Assembly (NCBI GenBank): GCA_022813865.1 | Contig: JALDZX010000005.1 | Span: forward strand, 248,001-312,000 | Direction of reading: 5' to 3' | DNA: 64,000 bases | Source: Xylographa opegraphella | Taxonomy: Eukaryota | Part shown: positions 23,237-35,021 of the stretch, piece by piece | Layout: every line of letters starts with the position of its first letter | Position numbering within the stretch: position 1 is the stretch's first letter | Notes under the pieces: generated by a model | What the model was told of the DNA's origin: nothing | Seen by the model: the letters and a program-made list of their open reading frames with translations, nothing else | The model's database searches: none | Program-made: the position numbers and the translations under genes

Positions 23237-26200
23237 TTAAACGATGATTGGGATTCTCCCCCGTCGAGAAGGAGCCTCGTCAGCAGACCTACCATTCTCG
23301 ATACTCGTCAGCACCGGTTTGGGCCTACGGTACGAATAGCCCAGAAAGGCTCCCTTTTTGCGGAGGTCCAGCACTTGCTTCGCGACCTTGGTATCGCGCA
23401 GTATGCGATCCCTCGGGCGCTTCTTCTCCTTGATCTTCGGGTCAATTTTTCCCACGAGCATGATTTCTCCAGCTACTGCTGCAGCATCTAGCTTAGGGGG
23501 CGCTGCACAGATAGCATCGTGGATGTTTTGCATATTGCCTATGTTACCTTGGTTCTCCAAAGTGGCGGCATAAGCAGCAGCAATACCCTCTTCGTAGGCC
23601 TCTTGCGCACGGAGCTCCTGTTCTTGCACACTTGATGTGCTCGAGGCATCATCGACATCGCTAATGGGCTCGTCTTCGTCAAAGTACTTAGTATCGTACC
23701 GGTTTTTCACGTCGGGGACGTCGGGAGCTTTTGTGAGATGTAATCGATCCCAGGGAATGCCTTGAAAAAAAGGATGAGTCTTGATGTCAGTAGCATCGTC
23801 AGGAAAGACGAAGTGGCCCTGGAAGTCCTTAACGTCTTGATTTGTCGTAGAGTCTCCCGATCTCACGATGGAGCGCTTGCTTTCTTCGTAGTCATTAACC
23901 ATATACTTACTGGAACATAGACGATGTTCTTTCTCTTGAAGCATTCTGTTGACAAGATCCTTTGCTTCATGGGAAACTTTATACTTCTTTTCTGTAGACG
24001 CCGTTGGTGGGAAACAGAATTCTCTGTTATGATTCTGCTCGGTGTTAGCATTATAACCTATGAAACGTCCTATGGTTTACCAACAAGAATCTTAGCCTTA
24101 GTTTCTTGTCTGTTTTCGCTGACAAAAGGTGTCCAACCATAAAGACACTGTTGGCACAAGACTTAGCATGGGAATTTTAGTACAGAACAGAAGATAAACC
24201 TCAAACATAATGATTCCAACGCTCCACCAATCGCAGCGACCGTCATACAATTCGCCACGTATGACTTCAGGAGCCATATATTGGCTGGTTCCTACAACAC
24301 TTCTTGCAAGCTTTCGCTTTCCATATCGATTACGCCATTGAAGTACACTTTCGTTCTCATCACGTTCCTCAGCAGGCGGTCGTTCATGACGATTATTGCC
24401 ACTTCGAAGCTCCCGTCCTCCCATTAGAATATTTGCTAACTTCTTGCTAGCAGCTGCTCGGGTATTCTCGGCACGATCGAGAGAGTCTCCTTCGATCTTG
24501 ATGCCCAGCGTCTCTAGTAGCGAATATCTGTGGTTATTGAAATAGCTTTGGTCATGAGCCCAGTGTCCATCAAAAGCGAGGCCGAAGTCCGAAATTTTGA
24601 GGTGTCCAGAGGCAGAGATGAGGAAATTGTCTGGCTTGACATCGCGGTGAATCCATCGTAATCTGTGAGCCTCTTCAATACAAAGTATCATTTCGGCAAT
24701 ATACCAGCGAGTTCTCTTTTCCTTCAATTGTCCACATCGGATCAACAAACCTAGAAAGTCTCCACCAATCATGTAATCCATGACGAGATAGAGGTTGGTG
24801 GTATCCTGAAAACTCGCTATCAAAGGTACCACCCACCTCGACTTCTCAGAAGAAACTAAAAAATCTCGTTCTGCCCGAAGATGACCTTCCTGGCTGTTTC
24901 GCAGCATGTCAGATTTGCGAATGACTTTCATGGCGTAGACACTCTTTTTGGCGTGGTTGATTCTGTCACGAGATCTTAACTTCATGGTAAGACCTCCGGC
25001 AGGCTCTCCGTCACCCTCTGCCCCTTTCTCTCGAACAAGCCTCACCACTCCGAAGCTACCCTTGCCTAATATTCTAATGACTTCGTACCCAGCAACCGAG
25101 ACACCTTTGCTACCTGTCATATGACGGCTTTTGCTCTTGAAAACGCGTGATTGCCGAAGATATTCACTTTCCTGATCCGCCCATAAACATCTTTCATGAT
25201 GACGTTCTTCCGATGAGATTTTATTGGAAAGCAATTTGACCTCAAGCTCATGACGTCTCAAATCGCGAGGTGTGGCTTGACCAGATAGAATAGAATTGAA
25301 ATGGGTTTCAAAGAATATTTTGGCATTAGCGGTAGTTTCCACGGTCACGATTGTGGGTTTCACTGTAGGTATTTCTTGTATTGGTGTTAGTGTTTTTTCT
25401 GGACTATCTCGATCTATCACATCTTGCAAGACAACACCGGTAGTACTCGCTGGAATTTCCCTTGACATCGAGAGAATAGAAGCAAAATTGGATTCCAAGG
25501 ATGTCTTGGCTGTGGATCTACCATCAGGAGAAACACTCCCGCTATAGTTCTGACTTGACGGACTGACATCGCCGAGCTGGTCTTCTTTATTAACGACTGT
25601 TGCTACCATAACGGCAGGGGCTTCATGTAATGAATTAAGGCTTGGCCGGCCTTTCAAGTTAGGCCGATGAACAACGGTCGGGTTTCCGAATGTGCTAGAG
25701 ATCTTGTGAGACAGTTGGTGTGCTAGACCAGGCATGGATCTACTATGTCGCAGACCTCCACCATCTTTTCTTTTTGGAAGAACGTCAAGTGAGATAACTC
25801 GGGTCTGTTTGGGCTCATCTGAAAGCTCTCTACTATCCTCAGCGAGTGGATATATCGTCTTGGGCGTGGCTGCGAACGGTAACTCGAATGAAGGGGCGGC
25901 TATCGTGATTGGAGTGACTACTCTTTGACAGGTCGGTATTCTTAGCGGAGCTAGTCGTTTCCGACCGACCATATGTCCATCATCGGTTGCCGTAGGGATT
26001 CTTGCATCTCGGACGATAGCCAAGGCTACATCCCGTTCGCTCGGTGTGGTCGAAGAGCTGTACTCAACTCTACTAGCTGTGATATATCAACATACAATAA
26101 GACTGAGTTCATCGAAAATGTAACCTTTGCTTTGTCCAATCCCAAACATTGAAAGTACCTTTGAACCACGTTGTCGGAAACGCCCAGTTGGCCTTGGTTT

Positions 26201-26353
26201 TGGACCGCTACCTCGACTGCTTGTTCGGGTAATGGAGTGTAGGCTTGCTGGGCCATCCAGCGGCTGACCAAGAACGATAACTTTGTTTGCAGCCCGTGAA
26301 GCAAAGAGGCTACTATAGCTCCAACGGCCTTTTCGTTTCTGACCTGGGTTCAT
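23237..26353 (-). CDS. NDR/Cbk1-like AGC Ser/Thr kinase of filamentous ascomycetes (not Cot-1 itself), 4 exons
   Basis: ESEYLRQSR, LGKGSFGVV, YAMKVIRKSDMLRNSQEGHLRAERDFL, HRDVKPDN, DFG, VGTSQYMAPE, CDWWSVG, hydrophobic motif FLGYSYRR; ORFs 26087-26353, 24098-26023 and 23237-23944 join through GT-AG introns. Confidence 0.92.
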
Positions 26354-27148
26354 ACTTACTATGATATACTGCCTGTTAGAGAAGACTGCAGACGTTGTGG
26401 GTACGTTTGAGGTAGAAATTTGATTGAATAAGACAATACAGTCAGGAAATATAGACTGTACGAATGCAATGTTATCACGAATAAGGAACTATACACCTGG
26501 AGTGTGATACTGCAAAGGTATGAGACACAAGTTAACGCTGTTACTCAACAATAATACTCAGACATCCTGAAGGGGCAGGCACGCAGCGAGGATGACTGTG
26601 CAGGCACATAATTGCACATGGTTTTTATTAGATACTGATACGGCAAGTGCTATACGCGACTCATATCAACAAGGTCCTGCTTCAGAGCAAACATGGACCA
26701 TGGATATGGAGTCAAGTGCAAGACTCTTTGGAGTACAGAGTATCTGGATTTCTGGTCTCCATCTCCCTGATACGCACATATATGATGCTAATATCGACGA
26801 GCGTGGAATCCTAGAGATCTCGACACAGATCCTGCAAATGGTTGGAGAGCTGCTCTCGCTTAGCTCAGACTCTAAACGCATGTGGCGCGAACCGAGAGAG
26901 GAGGAACTTTTCTCACACGGAATGTGGGCATAATTATTGTAAGACACAAGATATTGATTATGCAGCTATGTACTGCTAAGCTAACCACTGTCCCCCAATC
27001 TAAACCGTGATACCAACTTTTCCTGACTCCTGAGGGTATCCTTCATCCCTGCTATGCCGTAATTACAGATGCAAGTCGGATATCTCAAAGTCGCTGCAAT
27101 AGTGAAAACTATACAGATCACCATCATCTCCAACAAGCTTCAACAAGC

Positions 27149-28987
27149 TTAATTTATCTCCAGCAATTTCAGATCGAATATCAGGGTTGAGTTCGCGGGG
27201 ATGTCGGGCATGGCTTTACTACCGTATGCGAGGCTTGCGGGCACCGTGATTCGTCGTTCACCTCCAACCGACATGCCTGCGACACCGATGTCCCACCCCT
27301 TGATGACCTCCCCTCCTCCGAGCTTGAAACTGAATGGCTTGCCTTTCTTGTTGGCTATGATATGGTAAGCATGACCTGACACGCGACTTATGCAATAACA
27401 CAAGATTTGAGTAACTAACCATCAAAAACTTTACCATCTTGTAGCTTTCCAATATATCTCATGCCTACTCGGTTACCTTTCTTTGCTGCTGGTCCAGTGC
27501 CAAGTTTCTTGTCATCGATCTTCACGCCTTGAACGGTCTTGACACCTAGAGATGCCTTTCCCTTATCGCCGTCTTTCTTCTCCTCCTTGACCTGCTCTTT
27601 TACCGCCGTAGGCTTAGTCTTACTATTTGTGGTTGCACCTGAAGGGCCTTGCTCGAGGTTTTTCGCAAACTGGACTTTCTTGCTGTTAGGGCTCTCGACT
27701 GAGGGTGGCTCAACTTTCTTCGCGCTCTTATTTTCGGTAGCAGTTGCTACCGCCTCTCCAGAATTATTTTTCTGTTTCTTGAGCTGTTTCTTGCTGAGCT
27801 TAGCATCGCCGTTCATGATTGGTTCCGCTGGCTTCAGTGACTTAGCCATAATATCGTCCAGACCGGCAGGTTCGTCGTCCGAATCAGCAGCAGCACGTTT
27901 GTTCTTGCCTTTCTTGCTTGCTTTCTCCGCTTTGACCAGCTTTGGTGGTTCCGTATCTTCTTCCGAGTCAATCTCAATGAGTCGCGGATTTTCTAGACCA
28001 TCAAGCTCGTCGCTTTCTTCACCATCGTCAAGTTCGTCCTCATCGGGAGAGAGGTCGTAATCTTCTTCGTCGTAATCTCCGTCTTCGGAACCATGCCGAT
28101 GGCCATCATCAACTGGAATTACGTAATTGCCAGTCAAGAAGATCGCATGGGTGCCGGAAACCTTGAAGAACACTCTCTCATCCTCGCCGATAGTTATATC
28201 AAGTGGTTGCTGGTAGTTCTAAGGATTACGTTAGCGGGCTTGGGAGAAAAGCCACCAGGAAAGCACAAACCTTGGTGGGATCTAGAGTACAGATGACAAA
28301 TTCCTCTGTCTCAATGTCTTCAGAATCGCCCTCGTCGGAGTCCTCGTCCTCGCCATCGTCCGTAGCTTTCGCCTTTCCCTTGTTCAGCTTCGAAAGTGCA
28401 CCATTAATACCATTAATTCCTTCAAGATCCATCTCGTCATCACTACCATCTTCAGCCAGAGCGGCTTTCAGCTGTTCAACTGCAGCCTCTTTCCGGGCTT
28501 TCTTGCTTTTCGAGGGATCACTCGGACCCCCATTCGTCTCTTCCTCGTCGGACAATTCGTCCTCCTCATCAGATGCTTCGCCGTTCAACATAGCCTGTAG
28601 ATAGTCCTCGTCTTCTGATCCTTCCTCTAAATCCTCATCGTCTGGACCAATAGGCTGACGAATGAGTTTGAGAGTGGCGCGTATAGGAGTATCGCCATTG
28701 GCAGTGCCTGTATACTCCGGCTCTGCACTCGGATCGATGGCAGCCATTGTGATGCGGAACTGTAAATAGAACTATTAGGCAAATACATGTCTCTGATCAT
28801 CGGAGCTCGCCGATCATGCGATACATGGTGCAGGTCAAACATACGGAGGCTGGAAAATCAGGTACCTATTGATGTCAGTATATTCAGTGTATGCACTACA
28901 CCATTTGGACATGCGTACAGCTGGAATCATAACATCGCCAGCCGGGACTTCAAGTCCGAAAACTGCGGCAGGAAGTAGTCCAGACAT
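27149..28987 (-). CDS. FPR4: Nucleolar FK506-binding protein (nucleoplasmin-like + acidic + FKBP PPIase), 5 exons
   Basis: [19 protein letters not shown], 21-nt microexon [65 protein letters not shown]. Confidence 0.93.
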
Positions 28988-29393
28988 TGTGATTGCAATG
29001 GATAAATTGATATTCTCAAGAGAATAACGATATTAGTAAAGTCCTCAGCTTGGTGCCTAAGTTCCAAGGGGTCGTGATAATATTAGAATTAACAGACGCA
29101 ATTGTAGTTTGCAATTGACGGAACCATTGGAGTACCTGGAGCTAAAGCTCGAACTTTTTTTCCTGCGCTATCGTTGTGTATCGCGTGTCACGCTAGCCAG
29201 TTTCGGTGTCATATTAAACTCTCTTTGATCTTTCGCGAATGTGCACGCCACCGACAACGCGACTGAGCTTTCCCAACTTCATGGCACTTGGCGATACTGT
29301 ATTATCTTTGGGTTCTTGGAAAGTTCTTAGAATATGGTATTGTTGAAGCTTGCCACTGAACGTGTAATGCAGCCGTGGCCTGACTGAAGCAAT

Positions 29394-32300
29394 ATGGGCT
29401 CCCGACTGGAAGCCAACTCATCGGCCGTCCGGAAGAGGATCGAGAAGCACAAATTCGAGAATGAGGAAGGGGAAGAGTATGGAGGGTCCAAGTTTGGCGG
29501 CTTTACGGATTATTTTCGGAGGAAGAAAATCAAGCTTCAGAACCTGGATGCTGAGCGTCGAGCATCCTCCGCTTATTCTCATCCGCCAATCTTTCGTGGG
29601 GTAGTTGGCCATGTAAATGGATATACGCAGCCGTCTCTTAATGATCTGCACGCTTTGATTGTGGATTATGGTGGTGGATTTATGCAGTACCTGGATGGGA
29701 AGACCACTGTTACCCACATCATTGCTAGTAACCTGACCCCCAAGAAGAAAATCGAATTCTCTAAGTACCGAATTGTGAAGCCAGCTTGGGTTGTGGATAG
29801 TATTGAGGCTGGCAAGTTGCTGCCTTGGGAGAATTACAGAGTTGTAGACGAAGGGGTCAACCAACAAGTTCTCGGATTCAAGAATGGCGGAATCATCAGC
29901 CAAGCTAACAGCCAGTATGGGGGCTATCGAGATCAGATGGAAACAAGCTGGTACACCAGCCAAGTCAAGGCTGCTGCGAAAATCTTGGACGGGCAGAATG
30001 CCGACGACGACGACATCGATATACCTTTCCCGAGCACGCAGGTGGACCGTGTCCAAAATCTAGAAGCAGATCACGAGAGCGAGGAGATCCCGTCAATCCG
30101 AGAAATTGACAAAATAGCCGATTACAGATATCCACATGATGGCATCCCAATGAGAGAATACGAGAAGTCAAAGCTTGATCCAATTGTCGGGTTAGAGCAG
30201 GAATTTCACATCAACGAATCAAAAGAATGTGATGATACCATATCGCCTAATTCATACGCAGCAAGTGGTTCTGGGGACAATTTGTCAGGAGCTAAGAAAG
30301 AGGATGGTTCGATCAATCATGGTAGCACGGCCATTCAAGAGGTAGAGTTGAAAGCGGATGTGACCAGCTATTCTGGCAGATCGCCCCAAATGGCATGCAT
30401 GACTGCTGAGGAACACAATGCTCTTCTCTTGGCCGATCCGAAAGTGTGGAGGTCCACAGTTGTAAACCCGGGCTTTTTAAAGCAATACTATGAAGAGTCA
30501 CGCCTTCATCATCTCTCAGCATGGAAATCAGAGTTGAAGTCACAACTACAGGCGCTAGCATCAGAAAATTCAGCTTCGCAAAAATCACGTCGGAGACCAC
30601 CTGGAGCGAGAGGGTACATACTCCATGTTGACTTTGACAGCTTCTTTGCAGCAGTATCGTTGAAAAAGTGTCCTCAATATGCTGATAAACCTGCAGTAGT
30701 GGCACATGGTGGAGGTTCTGGCTCGGAGATAGCAAGTTGTAACTATCCAGCTCGGAAATATGGTATCAAGAATGGCATGTGGATGAAAACTGCTCAGCAG
30801 TTGTATCCGGATCTCAAGGTTCTTCCGTACGACTTCAAGGCATATGAAGAAGCTTCTCGAGATTTCTACGATGCATCCATGAACACTGGTGGAATTGTTC
30901 AATCTGTCAGTGTTGACGAGTGCCTGATAGATATAAGTCTCGCATGCCTCGAAACTGGCGGCCACGAAGGTCAGGCCGTTGCTGAGGGAAGTATATGGCG
31001 CGAGCAAGCCAAAGCAGACGACATTGCGCTCCACCTACGGAACCAGGTGAAAGCGAAAACTGGTTGCGCCGTTTCTGTTGGAATTGGTGGAAACATCTTG
31101 CTTGCGAAAGTCGCGACCCGTAGAGCTAAACCCGCTGGCCAATACCAGATAAAACCCGATGAGATTCTTGACTTCGTTGGAGCACTCAGCGTGCAAGACT
31201 TGCCCGGCGTCGCTTGGAGTATTGGTGGAAAGCTGGAAGAAATCGGAATCAAGCTAGTAAAGGACATCAGGGAGACTTCTAAAGAGAAGCTGGTCACCAC
31301 TCTTGGTCCGAAAACAGGACGAAAGCTCTGGGACTATTCCAGAGGCATCGACCGTGTCGAGGTAGGTGAGCAGCCTGTGCGCAAATCTGTTTCGGCTGAA
31401 GTGAATTGGGGTATTCGCTTCGTCACACAAGAACAGGCAGATGAATTTGTGCAGAGTCTCTGTGAAGAATTACACAAGCGGTTACTCAATGAAGGTGTCA
31501 GAGGACTTCAGCTCACAATGAAGATAATGAGAAAATCCCCAGACGCACCACTTGATCCACCGAAACATTTAGGTCATGGGAAATGTGACACTTTCAACAA
31601 AAGCGTCGTTTTAGGGATTGCTACGAATGCGAAGGAAGTTCTTGGGCGTGAAGCCATATCGATCATGCGCGGATGGGGTTTTCCTCCAGGGGAGTTGAGA
31701 GGCATTGGCGTACAGATGACCAAATTGGAACCTATCAAGAGACTTGGCGACCTCTACGCAGAGGGTAGCCAAAGGCGCTTACAGTTTGCCAAATCTACGC
31801 AAAGCCCTAGCTTAAAACACGTTCATGACCATATCGAAGATAGCGAAGACCCAGAGAAGGATCTAGCCATTCCAAAGCTCATCGAAGACCCAATTGACGA
31901 CATTGAAAGCCCTCAGAAGCCGAAAGTCCAACACATCCACCCAGCTGCCACTCTGACAGCTGCGCCAACAATGGACATTGAGTCTAGCAATCTGCTCAAT
32001 ACACTTGGAACTCAATTTGTGCTACCGTCCCAGGTCGACGCGGAGGTACTTGCTGAGCTTCCTGCGGATATAAGGTCAAAGTTTCTGCCTATTCCGAATA
32101 CCACAAAGGTCCAGAGCGATCATGATAAAGTTGAACAAACGAAATCGCGTTCTCAGTCCCCTGCAGTATCGCTGAACGGTCTTCCAACGCAATCTCAGCT
32201 CGATCAAGAAACACTTGATGCACTTCCCGCTGATGTTCGTGCGGAGATTCTGGCATTTTATCAGAAGTCGCCACAGAAAGCTCGTACCCAGAGTGTTCTC

Positions 32301-32990
32301 CCACAATCCCCTCGCAAAGCTCGCACTGTCAAAGTATCTAGCAAGAAACTTACCACCCCTACTAAGAAACGCATCGGTCTTCTTTCTCGTGGTCGGCCAG
32401 CTCGCAGACTTGACTCGAACTCTACCCTGACTCAGTCTAACTTTGTTGCTCTCCACAGCAACACCGGTAATCCAAGTGGATCGAAAAATGACTCTGCAAC
32501 AGAGGATATATCGGCTGAATTCCTTGAGGCACTACCGGAAGACATTCGTATTGAAGTTCTAGCACAGCAGCGACGCGATCGCCTGAAGAAGCGTGGTGGG
32601 ATTGATCTTCTAACCCGACGAAAGCGTCAACAACCCCAAGCACCACAAGGGCAACGACGAATACGTCTAGCACCACGGCCCCCAAGACCAACTTTTACTG
32701 GGCAGAATTTGAGCTCTTTAGCCGATCTTAGAGAAGCGGTCAGTGCTTGGGTCGAAGAATTCAGCGACGAAGAGCCATATAGAGACGACGTCGAAGCACT
32801 GGTAGCGTATCTTAGGAGGGTAATCATCGACGAGAATGACATGGCCAAGGCTGTCAGTGTAGCGAAATGGTTAGGGTGGATTATCGGCCAGAGTTCAGGA
32901 GCTGCGTATTGGGACAAGTCGCTGAAGACTGTTCAGGAGGGCATCCAGCTTGCTGTGAAAGAGCGAGGGTTGGGAATGGTGGACTTTTAA
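29394..32990 (+). CDS. REV1: Y-family translesion polymerase Rev1
   Basis: BRCT (VNGYTQPS...VKPAWVVDSI), SRLHHLS N-digit, HVDFDSFF, SCNYPAR, SVDE, RKSVSAEVNWGIRF, three UBM-like (L/E)ALPxDIR repeats and a C-terminal domain. Confidence 0.96.
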   Translation: MGSRLEANSSAVRKRIEKHKFENEEGEEYGGSKFGGFTDYFRRKKIKLQNLDAERRASSAYSHPPIFRGVVGHVNGYTQPSLNDLHALIVDYGGGFMQYLDGKTTVTHIIASNLTPKKKIEFSKYRIVKPAWVVDSIEAGKLLPWENYRVVDEGVNQQVLGFKNGGIISQANSQYGGYRDQMETSWYTSQVKAAAKILDGQNADDDDIDIPFPSTQVDRVQNLEADHESEEIPSIREIDKIADYRYPHDGIPMREYEKSKLDPIVGLEQEFHINESKECDDTISPNSYAASGSGDNLSGAKKEDGSINHGSTAIQEVELKADVTSYSGRSPQMACMTAEEHNALLLADPKVWRSTVVNPGFLKQYYEESRLHHLSAWKSELKSQLQALASENSASQKSRRRPPGARGYILHVDFDSFFAAVSLKKCPQYADKPAVVAHGGGSGSEIASCNYPARKYGIKNGMWMKTAQQLYPDLKVLPYDFKAYEEASRDFYDASMNTGGIVQSVSVDECLIDISLACLETGGHEGQAVAEGSIWREQAKADDIALHLRNQVKAKTGCAVSVGIGGNILLAKVATRRAKPAGQYQIKPDEILDFVGALSVQDLPGVAWSIGGKLEEIGIKLVKDIRETSKEKLVTTLGPKTGRKLWDYSRGIDRVEVGEQPVRKSVSAEVNWGIRFVTQEQADEFVQSLCEELHKRLLNEGVRGLQLTMKIMRKSPDAPLDPPKHLGHGKCDTFNKSVVLGIATNAKEVLGREAISIMRGWGFPPGELRGIGVQMTKLEPIKRLGDLYAEGSQRRLQFAKSTQSPSLKHVHDHIEDSEDPEKDLAIPKLIEDPIDDIESPQKPKVQHIHPAATLTAAPTMDIESSNLLNTLGTQFVLPSQVDAEVLAELPADIRSKFLPIPNTTKVQSDHDKVEQTKSRSQSPAVSLNGLPTQSQLDQETLDALPADVRAEILAFYQKSPQKARTQSVLPQSPRKARTVKVSSKKLTTPTKKRIGLLSRGRPARRLDSNSTLTQSNFVALHSNTGNPSGSKNDSATEDISAEFLEALPEDIRIEVLAQQRRDRLKKRGGIDLLTRRKRQQPQAPQGQRRIRLAPRPPRPTFTGQNLSSLADLREAVSAWVEEFSDEEPYRDDVEALVAYLRRVIIDENDMAKAVSVAKWLGWIIGQSSGAAYWDKSLKTVQEGIQLAVKERGLGMVDF

Positions 32991-33446
32991 TCATATTATG
33001 TTCATCGACATACAGAGTCCAAACTGTCGATATCATGAACACGACGAACTGTAGACACCATGAGCACGACCTTCTTTGATGATGATAACGTGGGTCATCT
33101 TGATGATTTCAGTCCAATTCGGTCGTTTGACTGCATCAGGCCCTTTGCTGTTCCACGTTACGATTGGGCACGTAAGCGAGCGACGGCATGTGGTTGGTTA
33201 GTACCTTACCTTAGGGAGACTCGGAGATCACGATCATCCACAACTTTAGCACAAACGTCAGCAAAGTTTTCTGAAACGAGATATCATGTATCTGTGAAGG
33301 AATACTCTCTATCAATAGTACTGTAGCCATGTTTTCAAGGTACTCCGTACTAATGCTGCCAATGCTCCAAATCTTGGTAAACTTAAGTGCGTCTCAGCCT
33401 TGTCGCTACAATTGATCCGGCGGTCAAACCTAAGGTACATTGTCAA

Positions 33447-34820
33447 ATGCCATACACGACAGTGCCATGGGGGCCCATCTTGGTAGGAGGCAGCCTCCAG
33501 AGCCTATACACTGTTTGTGTGCAATGCTTCAACGACTGTCAGCTTGACCAAGCTACGGGTGGAGATGAAGATATCTTTCCAACCAAACTCAATAACCAAA
33601 AGGCTCGTTTTATGAGCTGGGGCCATACCGTGGGGCTTTCTGAAGATGACCGCTACCAGTATATCTGCGGAAAACCAGATTTCCGGCTTGAGGTTGTTCG
33701 GGTAATGAAGCGTGTGATCAGTTGTCTGGAGGAGATCAAGGTGTCGCTCAGCAGGCACAGCCTACGGCAAGAAGAATCCCGGAGCAGCTTCATTCTGGCA
33801 CAGAGATTCGGAAGAGTAGGTGCTTTTCGAACGAACCTTGGGCTATTTTGCAATCGATTCACGTGCTTTTCCTTTCGTCGACGACGAAGTACTGAGGCTC
33901 ATCGTATGATAGTCGACCCGGAGACGATGACGGCCCTAGTCGAAGAGCTTCGAGGGCTGATTGACAGCTTGATATCAGTTACAGAATCCTCCGGACCGCT
34001 CGAGCTACAGCGCCCCTTCAAGGCGTGCTGGAGTATCAAACCAAGACCGAAATTCACATGTATCGATATAGATCAGCCAGAATCTCTGATAAACCACGCT
34101 GCCACATCGGCCTCCAAAGAAGTATTTGCTACAATTGTCAAGAAGGATGGCTTGACTCGTACTGCGCTCTTGCGTAGACTCAAAAAATCCAAAAGACTGC
34201 TCGGTGGCTACTCCGACTCCGCCAAACGCATCATAATCGACCTGTCCCAAGTGGCGGAATACGACACACTGCATGAGAACTTCAGCTTAGCGCCATTCGA
34301 CGACGACATTTTCAACTGTCTTGGTACTATATACGGACCACCAGGCACACCATACGATGGTGGAATTTTCTACCTCTGGATCAAGTTCCCCACCGACTAC
34401 CCATTCAACCCGCCGAAAATCCGAGTTCTTACTAAAATCTACCATCCGAACATCGGTCCAGACGGTCATATTTGGTTGGACGTGCTTCGCGAAATGTGGT
34501 CCCCGGCCTTGACGATATCACACGTGTTACTTTCGATTAGTTCTTTCCTAAATGACCCCAATCCCGATCGATCGCTGGTCCAGCAGGCTTCGGAGCAGTT
34601 CAAGAAGGACAGAGCTGCTTACGAAAACAACGTCCGTACATATGTAAAACGATACGCCACAGGCGAGCTTCCTTCTCTGATCGAGCTTAAAGCAGAACCA
34701 CAAGCCAGCCTTACCCGATCCGCAAGCACGACTACGAGCAATTATACCTATGTTGGAGACTTCAAGCCTCTGAAAAAGCGGTGTCTAGGAATATCCTTTG
34801 CAGAAAATCGTGCTGATTAG
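33447..34820 (+). CDS. HeLo (prion-inhibition/cell-death) domain fused to a UBC/E2-fold domain lacking the catalytic Cys
   Basis: N-terminal SLYTVCVQCF...KLNNQKARFMSWGHTVGL...IVDPETMTALVEELRGLIDSL resembles HeLo. C-terminal GPPGTPYDGGIF...FPTDYPFNPPKI...TKIYHPNIGPDGHIWLDVL...WSPALTI is Ubc4-like. A short final intron and exon to about 34898 is possible. Confidence 0.82.
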   Translation: MPYTTVPWGPILVGGSLQSLYTVCVQCFNDCQLDQATGGDEDIFPTKLNNQKARFMSWGHTVGLSEDDRYQYICGKPDFRLEVVRVMKRVISCLEEIKVSLSRHSLRQEESRSSFILAQRFGRVGAFRTNLGLFCNRFTCFSFRRRRSTEAHRMIVDPETMTALVEELRGLIDSLISVTESSGPLELQRPFKACWSIKPRPKFTCIDIDQPESLINHAATSASKEVFATIVKKDGLTRTALLRRLKKSKRLLGGYSDSAKRIIIDLSQVAEYDTLHENFSLAPFDDDIFNCLGTIYGPPGTPYDGGIFYLWIKFPTDYPFNPPKIRVLTKIYHPNIGPDGHIWLDVLREMWSPALTISHVLLSISSFLNDPNPDRSLVQQASEQFKKDRAAYENNVRTYVKRYATGELPSLIELKAEPQASLTRSASTTTSNYTYVGDFKPLKKRCLGISFAENRAD

Positions 34821-35021
34821 CCAATACGCCTGGATTTCGATGAGTCTCCAACAATTCATAATCACTTTGAACAACAGGTGCCGGCAAGGAATGTGTAACA
34901 ATCTAACAACAGCTCTGTCCGGAACTGCGCCTGGGGGCCACCCATTAAACAATAAAGCTCGTCATTCGTAAACCGATGACGCAAACAGCTAAGAAACGCC
35001 TAAATACTTGCAAGCAGATCT

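Noticed and set aside
29150..29262. T-tract and CGCG (MCB-like) elements in the FPR4/REV1 divergent promoter
   Set aside because: Plausible, but too short and degenerate to support without conservation data.
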